DNA of 64,000 bases from Girardia tigrina (Eukaryota): assembly GCA_001938485.1 (NCBI GenBank), contig MQRK01243125.1:1-64000 (forward strand), given 5' to 3'. This document shows, piece after piece, positions 39,833 to 52,153 of this stretch. Made by a program: the position numbers and the translations under genes. Under the pieces are notes generated by a model, which was not told where the DNA came from, did no database searches, and saw nothing but the letters and a program-made list of their open reading frames with translations. Position 1 is the first letter of the stretch; the number at the start of each line of letters is the position of its first letter.

Positions 39833-40270
39833 TGTCATGCCGAAATTATGTAATTGCCGAATTCACTAACTGAAAAATTCTCATTTTAATATGAAAATTT
39901 CTCAATTTAAAATGAAAGATTATATATTTAATATGAAAAAAATATGTATTTATTATAAAAAATATCAATTTAATAAGAAAAAATTAAATTAAATATGAAA
40001 AAATTTAAATTTATTATGCAAAATAGACTTCAAAATTACTAAAATTTTTATTCATAGTTATTAAAACGTCTTCCTTGGTGATAAGCTGAATTGCAAATTT
40101 ATGTATTTTAAAGTATTTTTTCATATTAAATTGATATTTTTTCATATTAAATGTTAATATCAATTTCATAATTGAATTAAAAAAATTTTAAAAAAATTGC
40201 CGAGTTCGTGAATTCAGAAAGTTGGTTGCCTAATTCGTGAATTCGGTAATTACACAAATTTTGCATAACA
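39833..40270. mobile_element. MITE/foldback element with ~35-bp TIRs
   Basis: TGTCATGCCGAAATTATGTAATTGCCGAATTCAC versus GTGAATTCGGTAATTACACAAATTTTGCATAACA; internal TAATATGAAAA units mirrored by TTTTCATATTA. Confidence 0.65.
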
Positions 40271-40323
40271 GATATTAAATTGATGATTATATAATCACTT
40301 TGCGTAATAACTAATTAATCATC

Positions 40324-40595
40324 AAATTGACATAGAAAAATGTTTTTCTTTTAATTGCTAATCAAACATCTAATGACCCCCCGAAGATTGGACGTATTTC
40401 TGGAATATATTTTATTAAAATGTTAGTCAAACTATGCAATTAAACAGTCAAATTTGTACTTGCTTTCATATTAACAATAATTTATAATTTTAATTATTTA
40501 ATTTTAATAAAATTGTAGAAATATTTGCCAAAATCACATTGGATATATCGTCATTTGGGAAAATCTAAAAAGCAAAAATCGCAATCATTTTGATT
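40324..40595. repeat. 272-bp dispersed repeat, copy 1 (copy 2 at 49675-49946)
   Basis: About 6 mismatches in 272 bp by manual comparison, same orientation. Confidence 0.9.
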
Positions 40596-40599
40596 TTTT

Positions 40600-40830
40600 C
40601 GAACATTAATCAATAGATTAATGGATTTAATCAATGATGCTTCACAAAAACTCTGTCCCAATAATTTAAAAAATTACTGCACAATATTTTAAAATCAGTT
40701 GTTTTCACAACCGATGTACAAACTTTCATATGTCCAGCAATATTACTACAATTTCCCAATTGTCCATGCTCCTGAATCCGTTTAGAGAGATGACGGACGT
40801 CTTTCAAATGTATGTCGCGTTGCATCCATT
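40600..40830 (-). mobile_element. Penelope-like GIY-YIG fragment
   Basis: RHLSKRIQEHGQ...SNIAGHMKVC...DFKILCSNFLNYWDR, paralogous to the 38728 copy. Confidence 0.8.
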
Positions 40831-40850
40831 ACACGAAAATTGATAAGCCA

Positions 40851-40890
<40 letters not shown>

Positions 40891-40959
40891 TTCATATTTT
40901 TTTCATATTAAATTTAATTTAATTTAAAAAAAATTAATTTAAATTTTTTCATATAACTC

Positions 40960-42555
40960 CACTCACGAATCTGTTCAATGATTTCGTAAGGTCCTTCAAA
41001 TCTGTCGTAGCCTTTCTTTCTTATTTCCTTCATAATCCAAACCTTATCACCCACTTTGTAAGTTGCTCACGTTTTTGTTTCCACTGTCGTGTTCTTCTCT
41101 TTTATCTTTTGTATTAAGTTCTCTCGGTCCGTTTTACTGTCACTGTACCATTGTTGTCTGTCTATTTTCCACCTAAATACTACTTCTGCTGAACTACACC
41201 CTATCGTTTTCTGTTTTGTAGCTTTTATTGGACATTCTATCTCTGGTAATATATCTGTCAAACTCATTGAGTTTCTCTCTTTAAGGCTTGCTTGGATGAA
41301 CTCCTTAATAGTTCGGAATTGCCTCTCAATTATCCCATTGGTATTATACTGGTACGGACTTGAAAAGGTCGGTTTAATTCCCCTTGCCTCCAACATTTCT
41401 TTATCTCTTTTCGATTCAAAACTTTTACCACAATCGAAATGTATCTCTTTTTGGGATCTCTTTTGGGGCACCGAATTTTAGTATCCACTTTGTAATATGG
41501 TTTGTATAATCCTTTCTTCGTCCTGTCTTTTAATAGTTGTCAAGCTTACATATTTGCTGAAATGGTCTATAATTCCGAAAATGTACTTCTCTCTTCTTAT
41601 TGTTTCGTTCCACGGTCCACAAATGTCTATGTATATATTTTCGAACATTTCTGCAGCTGTTATCTTTACATTTTCTTACTTTGATTTTGTAGTTCTTGTC
41701 TTCGTTTGTTGACATTCTATGCATGACTCAACTACCTCTAACTGTTTTCCTTTCTTCTTCTATATTGAATTTGTCTCTCAGGTATTCGTATACTTTTTTG
41801 GTCCCTGCGTGGTATAATAATCTGTGTGTTAGAATAATTAGCTCATTCCGTTTTTCTTTAGGTACCCATTCTTTCTGTCTTGCTCTTGCTTGGCTTCTCG
41901 TAGTTACCGCTAAAAGTCTGGTCTTGTTTTTACCCTTTTTTGCTTCTTCATGTTCCATTTGGAATTGAGTACACGTTTCGCAATTTCGTCTAGATAACAT
42001 ATTCGCGTTGCCATGTAATTCCCCTTTTCTGTATTCTATTTCGATATCAAGACTGCTTAAATAGTTCATCCATGTTTGGAACTGAGCAGTTAACGGTTTT
42101 TTATTTGAAACATGAAAGTAATTGCTTTATGGTCTGTTCGTAATTTAAACTTCTTTCCATACAAATAGTGATTTAAATGCTGACAAAAATAAAAAATCGC
42201 TAAAAGTTCCTTCCTGGTTATGCAGTACCCTCTTTCGTGCGCAGACATTGTGTGTGATCTATATGCTATAACTTGTTCTCTACCTGAATCGTCTATCTGT
42301 GATAATACTGTCCCTATGTTGTCGAAGCTTGCATCCTTGTCTAAGATAAACGGTTTATTAAAGTCCGGGAAACTCAATATTGGTACTGATATTAATGTTC
42401 TTTTCATATCTTGAAATGGTATTTCGCACGCGTCTGTCCATACCAGTTTTTCTTTGTTTGACGCGCACATTCCTTCTAATACTTTTACTTTCTTCGCATT
42501 TCCGTTAATAAATCTCCTGTAATAATTGCAGATTCCAAAAAACTCCTCAAATTCT
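40960..42555 (-). mobile_element. Ty3/Gypsy RNase H-integrase fragment (same lineage as the 30928 element)
   Basis: FILDKDASFDNIG, RKELLAI, TDHKAI, NANMLSRRNCETC, integrase SSPYQYNTNGIIER, DRFEGPY. Confidence 0.92.
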
Positions 42556-42591
42556 AACAGAACTGTACATATGACTAAATTTCTTTTGAAA

Positions 42592-42645
42592 AATCATTTG
42601 TTCTGACTTTGACGGTTAAACCGTCGAAATTAATAAACTTTGATT
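42592..42645 (+). ncRNA. degenerate hammerhead motif
   Basis: CUGAC(UU)U-GACGG/uuaaa/CCGUC-GAAA-UUAA-UA; stem I GUU/AAC + AAUCA/UGAUU; core GA replaced by UU. Confidence 0.5.
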
Positions 42646-42681
42646 GGCTTGAAAATTTTTTATATTTATATTATACACATA

Positions 42682-42722
<41 letters not shown>

Positions 42723-42885
42723 TAGCCGCTGATTTATTTGAATCCTTGGGAATTTGTAAAAGGTTCAAATAAGTCAATTATGAAAATTATGTCATAATTT
42801 TAAAAATGCCATTAAATCATTTGGAAAAATAAATCATTTTCAAATTTTTTTTACTATTTTCTTCAAATAACTCAATGAGTACTAC

Positions 42886-42921
<36 letters not shown>

Positions 42922-42959
42922 ATGTGTTAGTGACCATAAGTCACTACACTTAACATTGA

Positions 42960-43180
42960 AAGAATTGGTATTTGATAATTACTAGAGAGGGCCATGTGTG
43001 AAGCATTGATGATCCTAAAAGCAATTTGCAAACACCATCTTTTTAAACTTTATTGAAAGTATTTTTTATGATTTAGAAATTAAACAATGATGAAATTAAC
43101 ATTGATTTTGTATATAAATGCAAATGATTATAGTTAGTTTAGTCTAATGATGACGGTTTATTCGTCGACATTAATAACAA
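42960..43180 (+). mobile_element. Penelope 3' remnant with degenerate hammerhead (43144-43176)
   Basis: RAMCEALMI resembles ERLACEALYI; CUAAUGA-U-GACGG..UCGUC-GACA-UUAA-UA. Confidence 0.6.
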
Positions 43181-44000
43181 TATATTATGATAAATATTTA
43201 TGAATAAAACAAATTTACGATAAAATAACAATATATAAAATATTCTAAGTAAAAAAAATTAAATAAAAAATAAACTACTATGGAGTTAATATAAAATGAA
43301 AAAAATCACAAATGTTCAATTATTTTCCATAAATAACAAATTTAAAACAATTATCAAAATTCAGACAAAATTTGGTGAAAATAATGGGAATAAAAAATTT
43401 AATTGAATAATTGAAAACATAAATGAAAGAATATTTGTAAAAAAATTGATACACAGTTTTTTTTTCTAAAAACGAAAAGATAATTAAATATTTCTAATGA
43501 AACAACAAAATATAAAAGCAAAATTTTATTTATTAAAAATATTACGAAAAACTGTTAAAATATTTTATTAAATTTAAACGAGGTAAATTGATATGTAATT
43601 GAAATTAAAAAAATTCTAATTGAATTAATTTTAAAATAATTTATACAAAATTAAGCAAATACAAAAATGAAATTAAAACTCTTCTTTGCTGTCAAGTTTT
43701 TTCGAATATTTCTGGATTATTTTCTCCGGGAAAAATAAATTAAATATTTGATAAATATTTTAGATGAATTCATTAAAAAATGCACATCATAATTATAAAA
43801 ATTAATATTTATTAACCCAAGGAATAATTTAATAAGATATTTATGAAAATTAATTGGGAGTAAATGTCGAGAAGAGCACAAATAATGACTTATTTAAACT
43901 TATTGTTTTTGCAGAAACTTGAATCTAAAATATTCTTCAAATACTAGTGTATAAAAAGCCTAACATTACTTTTATAGTTACATGAGTCTTTATACAACTA

Positions 44001-47000
44001 CAGGGTGATCATAAAGTAACTACCGGGTTTTAAACTGTAAAACTTTTTTTTGGTAAAACATTATGAAAAAAATTGTTTTAAATAGCAAAAAACATTTATT
44101 AAAATTTAATAATATTCAACAGAATAACAATCGACATCAATACAATGTTTATGGCATCCACGAAAAGACTTAATTGCATTTTGGCGCATTTCACCATCTA
44201 TTTTTGCCGCTTCTTGACAAATAAAATCGTTAAGTTGCTGAATCATTTCTGGTTTTCTCTTATGCACTTCATTCTTCAAATACCCCCACACAAAAAATCG
44301 AGTGGTGTCAAATCATTTGACTTGGCCGGCCATACATATGGACCACATCGTCCCAACCAATGTTGTGGAAACGCTTCATCCAGAAATTGACACACAATCA
44401 GTGAATAATGTGCAGGTGCTCCAACTTGCTGGAACACAGCTTTCCGTTTGCATGTTCTTGATAACGATGGCATAAAGCAACTTTTGAACATATCCAGGTA
44501 AAGCACCGCTGTTATGTTTCCTTCAAATAAAATGGTCCATAAACACGAGTTGAAGACAACACCATCCAAACATTAACTTTTTTACTAGCCTGTGACCCCT
44601 GATATGTTTTTGTTGGTGTTTCAGTGCCCCAAATGCGACAGTTAAGTCTGTTTACAATACCGTTAAGATGGAAAGTTGACTCATCAGAGAATATCAGGTT
44701 ACTAAGAAAATTTTCATCTGCATCTATCGATTGAATTAACGTTTCATACATACAACGTCTAAGAGCGCAATTTTCTTCATATAAAAGTTGCGTGGCTTGA
44801 ATTCTGTAGGGGAACTTTTTTAAGTTTCGTAATACGTTTTGAACAGTTATTCAGAGTTGACAACAATTTCCTGATAGAAGACTGGGGTTCTGCATAAAAT
44901 GTTCTGCAATCTCATTTTTCTTTTGATCATCAATTGATGGTGTTCCAGATTTTGGGGCATTTAGAACTCTTCCTGTTTCTTCAAACTTTTTGAAGATGCT
45001 TCTAATGCTTTTTTCGGTTGGAATATTTTTCCATTTAGGTCGTTTAAGTTCTTTTCTTACTAAAGTCACTAACTCATGCTTCGCAAATAAAATAATAAGC
45101 CTGCCCCGACAGAACGGATAACAGAGTATTGTAGAGACTACAGTAGCAGCATTGGCGTACAGGGTAGTGAGACATAAACTCTGTATCGGGTAGAAACCAG
45201 AAATAGACAATACAGAGCCTATTGACTTTCTCGCACTGCTTTAGATACCAGAATGCGAGCTTTAGTGCACGGCACGCTTCGATTTCCCAGTCATGATCCC
45301 TTGTAACGTGATTCTGTAGAGCTTTGGCAGTGTAAAAACGTTTCGTACAATGAGTAAAGGGACACTGAAATATCCCTATATCATTTGTATTACTTAACCG
45401 AAAGTCGAGAACCACCCTTGGAATAACTCATGTGTCCTTCTCCGCGGTACCATCGAGAGGTACTGACACATAATGTATCTCGATTGGGTTCAAAGATTTT
45501 GTACATCTTCAATCTGCGTTATTTTGTGAAGCACTAATACCACTGGTACTGCCTCAAGTTAAGTGATCGATCAATAAATGGCTCTTTAACCATCCACCCG
45601 TTTTATATATCTTGATACAATTTTCCATGAAACATTGGAAAGGTTTTTCACCAATCTGACGCTGCGCCGTCGAGACCGTATGTACGTTTTTGATGTGTCT
45701 TCTTAGTTCTTTCTGTTCGGCAAAAGCTTTGAAACAAGAAGGATACATGCATTGTACTCTTTTGATACGCGGCTGGAACATTTTCGGGTACTCTTTTCTT
45801 TGTTCAATCACTTCTATCAGTATTATAGACAATGTTTCTTTGATTAGGTGTTTGAATTGCTCGTCCGTGTCGAGAATTCTTCTCTCAGTCAAGTATTCCT
45901 GGTATTCGACCAGATCTTCTTGGCCGCCGAAAAACAAGAGCATATCACGGGCGATACGCTCTTTCATCAACTACTTTTACGGCCCTGAATTTTTTATTAT
46001 CCGAGGCCATTTCAGAGTTTAATACTCTTTTTTACCTCACGTACACCTTTTCGTCTATTGTACTCATAGAATACAATACGCCACTTCTCCAGTACCACAC
46101 GCGCCTCGGGCAAACCAATTGACATATCCGTATTACGAATTCTGTCAAGAGAAGTGCGTGTGCAGGTATTATGAAAATATTGTAGCCGGGCTATCTCTTT
46201 TTCAGGTGTTACCCTGCCCCTACTCCCATAATACACTGCAGGAAAAATGCTTGATTCAATTAGTCTTCTTTTCACGGCTTTTGAAACTCGGTTACTTTGA
46301 ATCGCAGGCTGCAATTCGCGTAACTTACTCATTCCACAACGCAACTTCTGACCGATATCCCGACTACAGCTACCACATGTGGTCAATATACTGCCGATTT
46401 AACAGAACTCGCTCACCCATTCTATGACTTTGTCACCACACATCACTTGCGATATTGCAGTCCCAGAGTTATCAGTTAGGCACATGAATTTCGTCTTAGA
46501 TGCACTAATAGTCAACTCGAATTCTGAAAATATGCTTCTAAGTATATCCAGGTTTTTACAGACACGATAAATATCAGAGTCGATGATACATAGATCATCC
46601 GCATAAGCAAGTCTATTGACTTGAAATTCGTCACCATGCTCGTCGATCAGAGTAATTTCTCCCCCGAATCCTTTCAGTATTGCTGTTTTGATAACTTCAT
46701 CGAAGGCCAAGTTAACAAGACAAGGTCGTCATCACACATCCCTGACTGATGCTTCAGAAACTCACAATCTCCTCCAGAGGCAATAAAGCTCTCATGGAAT
46801 TCCTTGATCAGGTAGAGAATCTTGTCGGTCAAGCCAAATCCTTCCTGACAGGTCCACAGAACTTCACGTGGGACACTATCAAATACCTTTTCCAAATTAA
46901 GGCATATCACAAATACCTTCTGGTTTTTATATCGACCTTTTTCCTGTATCCGCCTGAGTACACTTATAGCTTGCATAGTACCGTTTTTCGGCCGAAAACC

Positions 47001-48769
47001 AAACTGCCAAGGGTCTAACCTTTCTTCTATTGCTGGCGTCATTCTATTTACAATTATTCGTGCAAAAACTTGGCCGGTGACTTCCAAGAGAAAGATCCCT
47101 CTAGAATTTTATCGGATCAGACCTTGCACCTATTCCCTTGAAGAGTGTTAACACTTTTGCACTCCCCCAAGCCTTTGGGAACTGATGATCATCCCCATTC
47201 CAAATCATCTCAAAATTCAGCTTCAGTTTGTCAATGAGAGGTTATCCGCCCCATTTTAAAACCTCCGCAATAACCACATTTGAGCCGGGTGCCTTCCAAT
47301 TACTCCCATTGTGATATGGCAAGCCATACCTCTTCTGTGTTCAGTGGATCTATACCGATACAACTTTTGTCAGGGAATCAAGTCATATCCGCCCACTCAA
47401 TAAGTGGGCGCGCTTCGATGAGCTTCTGATAATGACTTGCCATCCTACTGATTAGAGACGTAAAAAGTGTATGGATTTTTGTTTCTGGGTTACCCAGCAT
47501 ACGCAATTCTAGATAAGCAAAACCTTTCTTCCTGAAGCTTCCAACATTTAAACTTTGTTCAATCTCATTACTGAGATTGATCAATCTTTCTCACTTCCAT
47601 TTACAAATGGAATAGGTAAATAAAATAAAATAATCACAAATAAATAACATTTATTACACGCTTATTTTCATCCATATTTAATTTTACGCTTAAAACATTT
47701 AAACAAAATGTACTTTTTATTGGGTTCTTGATCAAAAGACGTTGTCATTAACACAAAATTTTATTTTTACCACAATTTAAGTTTTTTAAACAAATATTTC
47801 GAGGAACTTTTACACTTTCTTTTTACACAAACCATAATAAATAAGAATTGATATAAATATAAATATGGTTATTGTATTTTTTACGAATTAAAATTCTATA
47901 TTTTTTTTAATAAAAAATTATAAAGTGAATTAAAATTTTGTTGCGTCTTTTATTAAATTTCAATTTTATTGTACCTTGAAATTTACCTGTTTCTCAATTA
48001 AATTTCCCAATTCTATACAATAGCATTTTCCATTTCGTTTTCATAATAGTTTTAAAAATTACTTTGGATTTAATAAAATAATGTTTTGGAAAATAGAATT
48101 TAACATGCAATTTCGATTATTTTAACAACTTTTAAATTACCCCTTTTTACATGAAAAATAAAATTATATTTCCATTAATAATTACGTTTTCCAAAATAAA
48201 AATAAAATCACATTTTTCTTTAAGTCGATTTAATTATTTTTACAATTATATTTTGATTCCAATTACAATTTCCAAAAGTAAAATTATAGTTACATTTTTA
48301 ATTTACTTCGATTTAGTCGTGTAAAATAAAAGTTACAAAAAACAGTTTAGTTTATTGTCATTTCGCAAATAAAATATTAAACTTTATATTACTTTTGATT
48401 TTATTTCAATTAAATATTTTCATCAAAATTGAAATTAAATTTTATTCTTTATAATAAATCTTTGTATAAATCTTTTAATAAACCTACCGTAAAATTTATT
48501 TTATTTCATACATAAATTAATTTTTACATTAAATTTCTGAAAATCTTATTTTAACATATCTATAACAATATTTTACGGAATGTAATTGTTTAATTATTAA
48601 TTTAATAAGATTGTAAATTCAAAAATTTTATGAACTTAACAACGCTACAAACACTTTTAATTGTTTTTTAAAGAATAAGCTTCAAGATGCCTTTATAATT
48701 AAAAAGAAATAGAATATAATTCAAATTTTTTTGCAGCTTGAAACCCGATAGTTACTTTATGATCACTGT
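44001..48769 (-). mobile_element. DD41D (rosa/Visitor-type) Tc1/mariner element, split by a LINE insertion
   Basis: TIR CAGGGTGATCATAAAGTAACTACCGGGTTT matched by ...AAACCCGATAGTTACTTTATGATCACTGTG; FSDESTFHLNG, FQQ(V)GAPAH, WPAKSNDLTPLDF with 41 residues between the 2nd and 3rd catalytic positions. Confidence 0.88.
45097..47622 (-). mobile_element. 5'-truncated RTE-like non-LTR retrotransposon with three C-terminal C2H2 zinc fingers
   Basis: QFGFRPKNGT, LNLEKVFDSVPR, LAYADD, SKTKFM; CMYPSC..HIKNVH, CFMENC..HLLIDH, CPFTHC..HVTRDH; probable TSD AAATAAAATAAT at 45085-96 and 47623-34. Confidence 0.88.
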
Positions 48770-48869
48770 GAATATATAAATAAAAGAATAAATAAAAATA
48801 TTTGAATATAATGAATTTAATGAGCTTTACAGATGAAAGATAAATAAGCAGTTAGGTGAGTTAAAAGAG

Positions 48870-49340
48870 AGATCACAAAAATGAGGGAGTTCATTATAAT
48901 GTAACAAAGTTATCTTATAGTCTTTTTTGTCGTTATAAATGTGATCAATGTTTGATTCTAATCGTCACTTGTCATAAAAAGTTGATCCAATATAAAAACT
49001 CAAACTCTCAGCATACTCCCCAACCTACTACCATTTCTTCCTCAATTTGAAGATTATTTTGATAGGAAAAAAAGGACATTTCGAAGATTCCATAAAAATG
49101 ACTTTCCACGAATTTTTAGATTCTTGCCCACCAAATTTTAATTCAAATGACCTCAACAAACTGCCGGTCAAATGGTAAAAATGAGTCGATAATATGAGTG
49201 CATTCTTTGATGAATGACATAAATATTTGTAGTGGTAAATTATCAATAAAATTTGACTTTAGTTCTACAAATTTTATACTTGACGTTCTATTATTAAAAA
49301 AGATTTTCTCACAGGTCTTTTCCTTGATTTTATCCATCGC
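48870..49340 (-). pseudogene. decayed coding-like segment, unidentified
   Basis: Long frame with sparse stops (MDKIKEKTCEKIFF...EEEMVVGWEYAESLSFYIG). Confidence 0.3.
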
Positions 49341-49674
49341 AGCCTTTTTAAGACTTAAAGATGAGACTGAGATAAAAAAGATTTTATTACAAAATTATTA
49401 ACCACAAACTCCGCTTATCATGAATCTTCAGAATTTGGTATTGTTAAATTGTAAAACAAAGTCAAACTATTACAAAATTAATATTATAATTAAATTTGAA
49501 AATAGTTTCTTTATCTTTTTTAACATGTTGTTTTTAACTAATAAATTTTATTTGTATCTCAGGTTTTAATTAAAAAAATATTTAACAAAAATTTACGAAT
49601 TAGAGCTTCAATTAAACAACTGTAAAAGTAAAAAATATTCTTTTGAAAACTTTATCGTAATTAATAGTCGTAAA

Positions 49675-49946
49675 AAATTGACATAGAAAAATGTTTTTCT
49701 TTTAATTGCTAATCAAGCATCTAATGACCCCCCGAAGATTGGACGTATTTCTGGAATATATTTTATTAAAATGTTAGTCAAACTATGCAATTAAACAGTC
49801 AAATTTGTATTTGCTTTCATATTAACAATAATTTATAATTTTAATTATTTAATTTTGATAAAATTGTAGAAATATTTGACAAAATCATATTGGATATATC
49901 ATCATTTGGGAAAATCTAAAAAGCAAAAATCGCAATCATTTTGATT
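49675..49946. repeat. 272-bp dispersed repeat, copy 2
   Basis: See 40324-40595. Confidence 0.9.
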
Positions 49947-50689
49947 GTTATATAACACATATGTTGAAAATGTCGATATTAATAACATCAATATCAGTTT
50001 TGCAACATTTATTAATATCACAAGCGCATTCACTATTTGACATCTCTCTTGATCAATATATTTCTGAGTTAAAACTAATTATTTTCAATAAATGAAAATC
50101 TTTTAATAAAAATTATTAATTTTAAAGAATATAATGGTTTAAAATTAAATCTAAACATTTTTAAAAAAGTACTTATTAAATTAATATATTAAAACATTCA
50201 AAAATTATTTTAAATCTTTTTACTTTACAATTAAATTAAATTATTTTTAATTAGTAAAAATCAAAGAAAATACCAATCATCCATCTGCGTAGGAGAGACA
50301 CAATCTGAATCAACATACAACATGCAAAATATCAAAACACAATCCAAAACATTCCTCACAGTCGATTTCCAAGATTAAACTCCCATTAAGTGTTTTAAAC
50401 CCTTGTACAATAAAAAAAATCAAATTACCAAAGATTTTGCAGAAGACCAAAAACACTTTCTAAGAGGATCAAAGATTCAGGAGGACCACGAACGAGTAAT
50501 ATAGAAGCGAATGTCTTAATTGTACGTAAAATTATTGAAATAGATTGAATTTTAAGCTGCCCAACCTTTTTAAGAATCACATACATTAAAGAAATGATTC
50601 TTCAAGCATATATTAGCAAGAACTTGGAAAGACGCCACTTTGCAGCAGATGTGTTCTTCACATTTTGACTGATAATAAAAAAAGTCAGC

Positions 50690-51181
50690 GTCACTTGTCG
50701 TCAAGAAATGTTGTACTCCTTTGAATTCTTCTTAATCAATCAATAATTTTTTTAAAATTTTGGATGACAAACACAAATTTCAGCATAGATATTTATGTGT
50801 GCTGCTTCTGCATAATTATTTGTCTTATCAATTTCTACAATTGTTCTATCGTATTGATTCAACATCGGAGGAGGAAAAATAAGAGCATTTCTGCTATTTA
50901 TAAATTTAGTTACTTCAAATTATTTATTATTAGTGTAAACCTTTTTTATAATAATATATATAAATAAGTAATATTATTTAAAGCCATTTTAAATATTGTT
51001 ACCATAAACAAAAATATATTTCAAATTATTTATTGTTAGTCTAAACCTTTTTAAAAATAAATATAAAAAAAATTTAACACCCTAAGTTACGTGACAAATA
51101 TAATTTGGTAACAGAATATGTCGCCAAATACGGAGACAAAAAATTTCACCAAATAAAACGGCGCCAAAATGACCTGTACCC
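50690..51181 (-). mobile_element. MULE (Mutator-like) remnant
   Basis: KTNNYAEAAH...CHPKF..IID.LRRIQ, a C-terminal MULE transposase motif; terminus GGTACAGGTCATTTTGGCGCC. Confidence 0.7.
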
Positions 51182-51380
51182 CTTTTTTATATTAAAATTT
51201 TCACTTTTTCACAAGATATTAATCAAACTTTTTAAATTTGTTATTATTTTCTTTTATTATTTTTTTGGTTAGTCTGTCTTTTATATATCACTTTTGTAAC
51301 GAAGTTACTTTAAAAATCGTAATTTAACAACTTCTTTATTTTAGACCTTAATCGTTAGGCCGTGGGTGCACCCAATTATT

Positions 51381-51878
51381 CACAAGCTGGCGGACATCCT
51401 TATCTTCTCCCAAAACGAATAAGATAATCAAAAACACGTTAAAGAAGTTCTGCAACGCTTACAAGCCGCCAAAATGAGAATCAACTCAAGCAAATACTGT
51501 CAAAACAGTCACAAAATCGAGGTTTTGGTTTTCGAAATACTACCAGCTTGAATTGAACTGTTATATCGAAGCTATCACCACTGGCTTAATCAAAATCTTT
51601 TTGAAACCTTTGTTACTTTATATGACCTTAGAGTCAAGATACATCGGACAAAATTCAACTGGGAGGACAAACATGAACGCGCATTTCAAGAAGCCATAAC
51701 TAAAGTAAAAAATATCAGGCCAATATACCCACCGGACAACAACGACTCTTTCATTCTGTGCACAGATGCGTCAGGTACAGCAGTAGGTAGTAGCCTTAAA
51801 CATAGAGACTCTAGCGGCAAACTGAAACCAGTATCGTTCTTCTTTAAGAAACTGTCGACAACCGAAGAGAGAGACAAT
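51381..51878 (+). mobile_element. Ty3/Gypsy RT-RNase H fragment
   Basis: ADILIFSQ..HVKEVLQRL, KFNWEDKHERAF, FILCTDASGTAVG, KPVSFFFKKLS. Confidence 0.85.
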
Positions 51879-51893
51879 TGAAAAAAATTATAA

Positions 51894-52100
51894 CCAATAT
51901 TATTACAATGTATTGGATACTTGCCTACGAATATTAGTTATTTAGAAAGTTTTGTGAACAAGAAAAACATATTTCCTATTGAATACTTGAATATTACACA
52001 CTTTGATTGTTACCAAAAATATAAGGAAAAGAGTGTGTTATGTACGAATACGATAAATAGATTATTATTAATTAAAAATTCTCAAAAACAATCGATTTAA
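51894..52100 (+). pseudogene. 5'-truncated open frame (68 codons), convergent with the ankyrin-RING ORF
   Basis: PILLQCIGYLPTNISYLESF...IKNSQKQSI*; no stop across 68 codons of very AT-rich DNA; AATAAA immediately after the stop. Confidence 0.45.
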
Positions 52101-52153
52101 AATAAACAAAAGTATTTATTTATTATTTACAATTAGCTGCGTTTTACGGCTTC

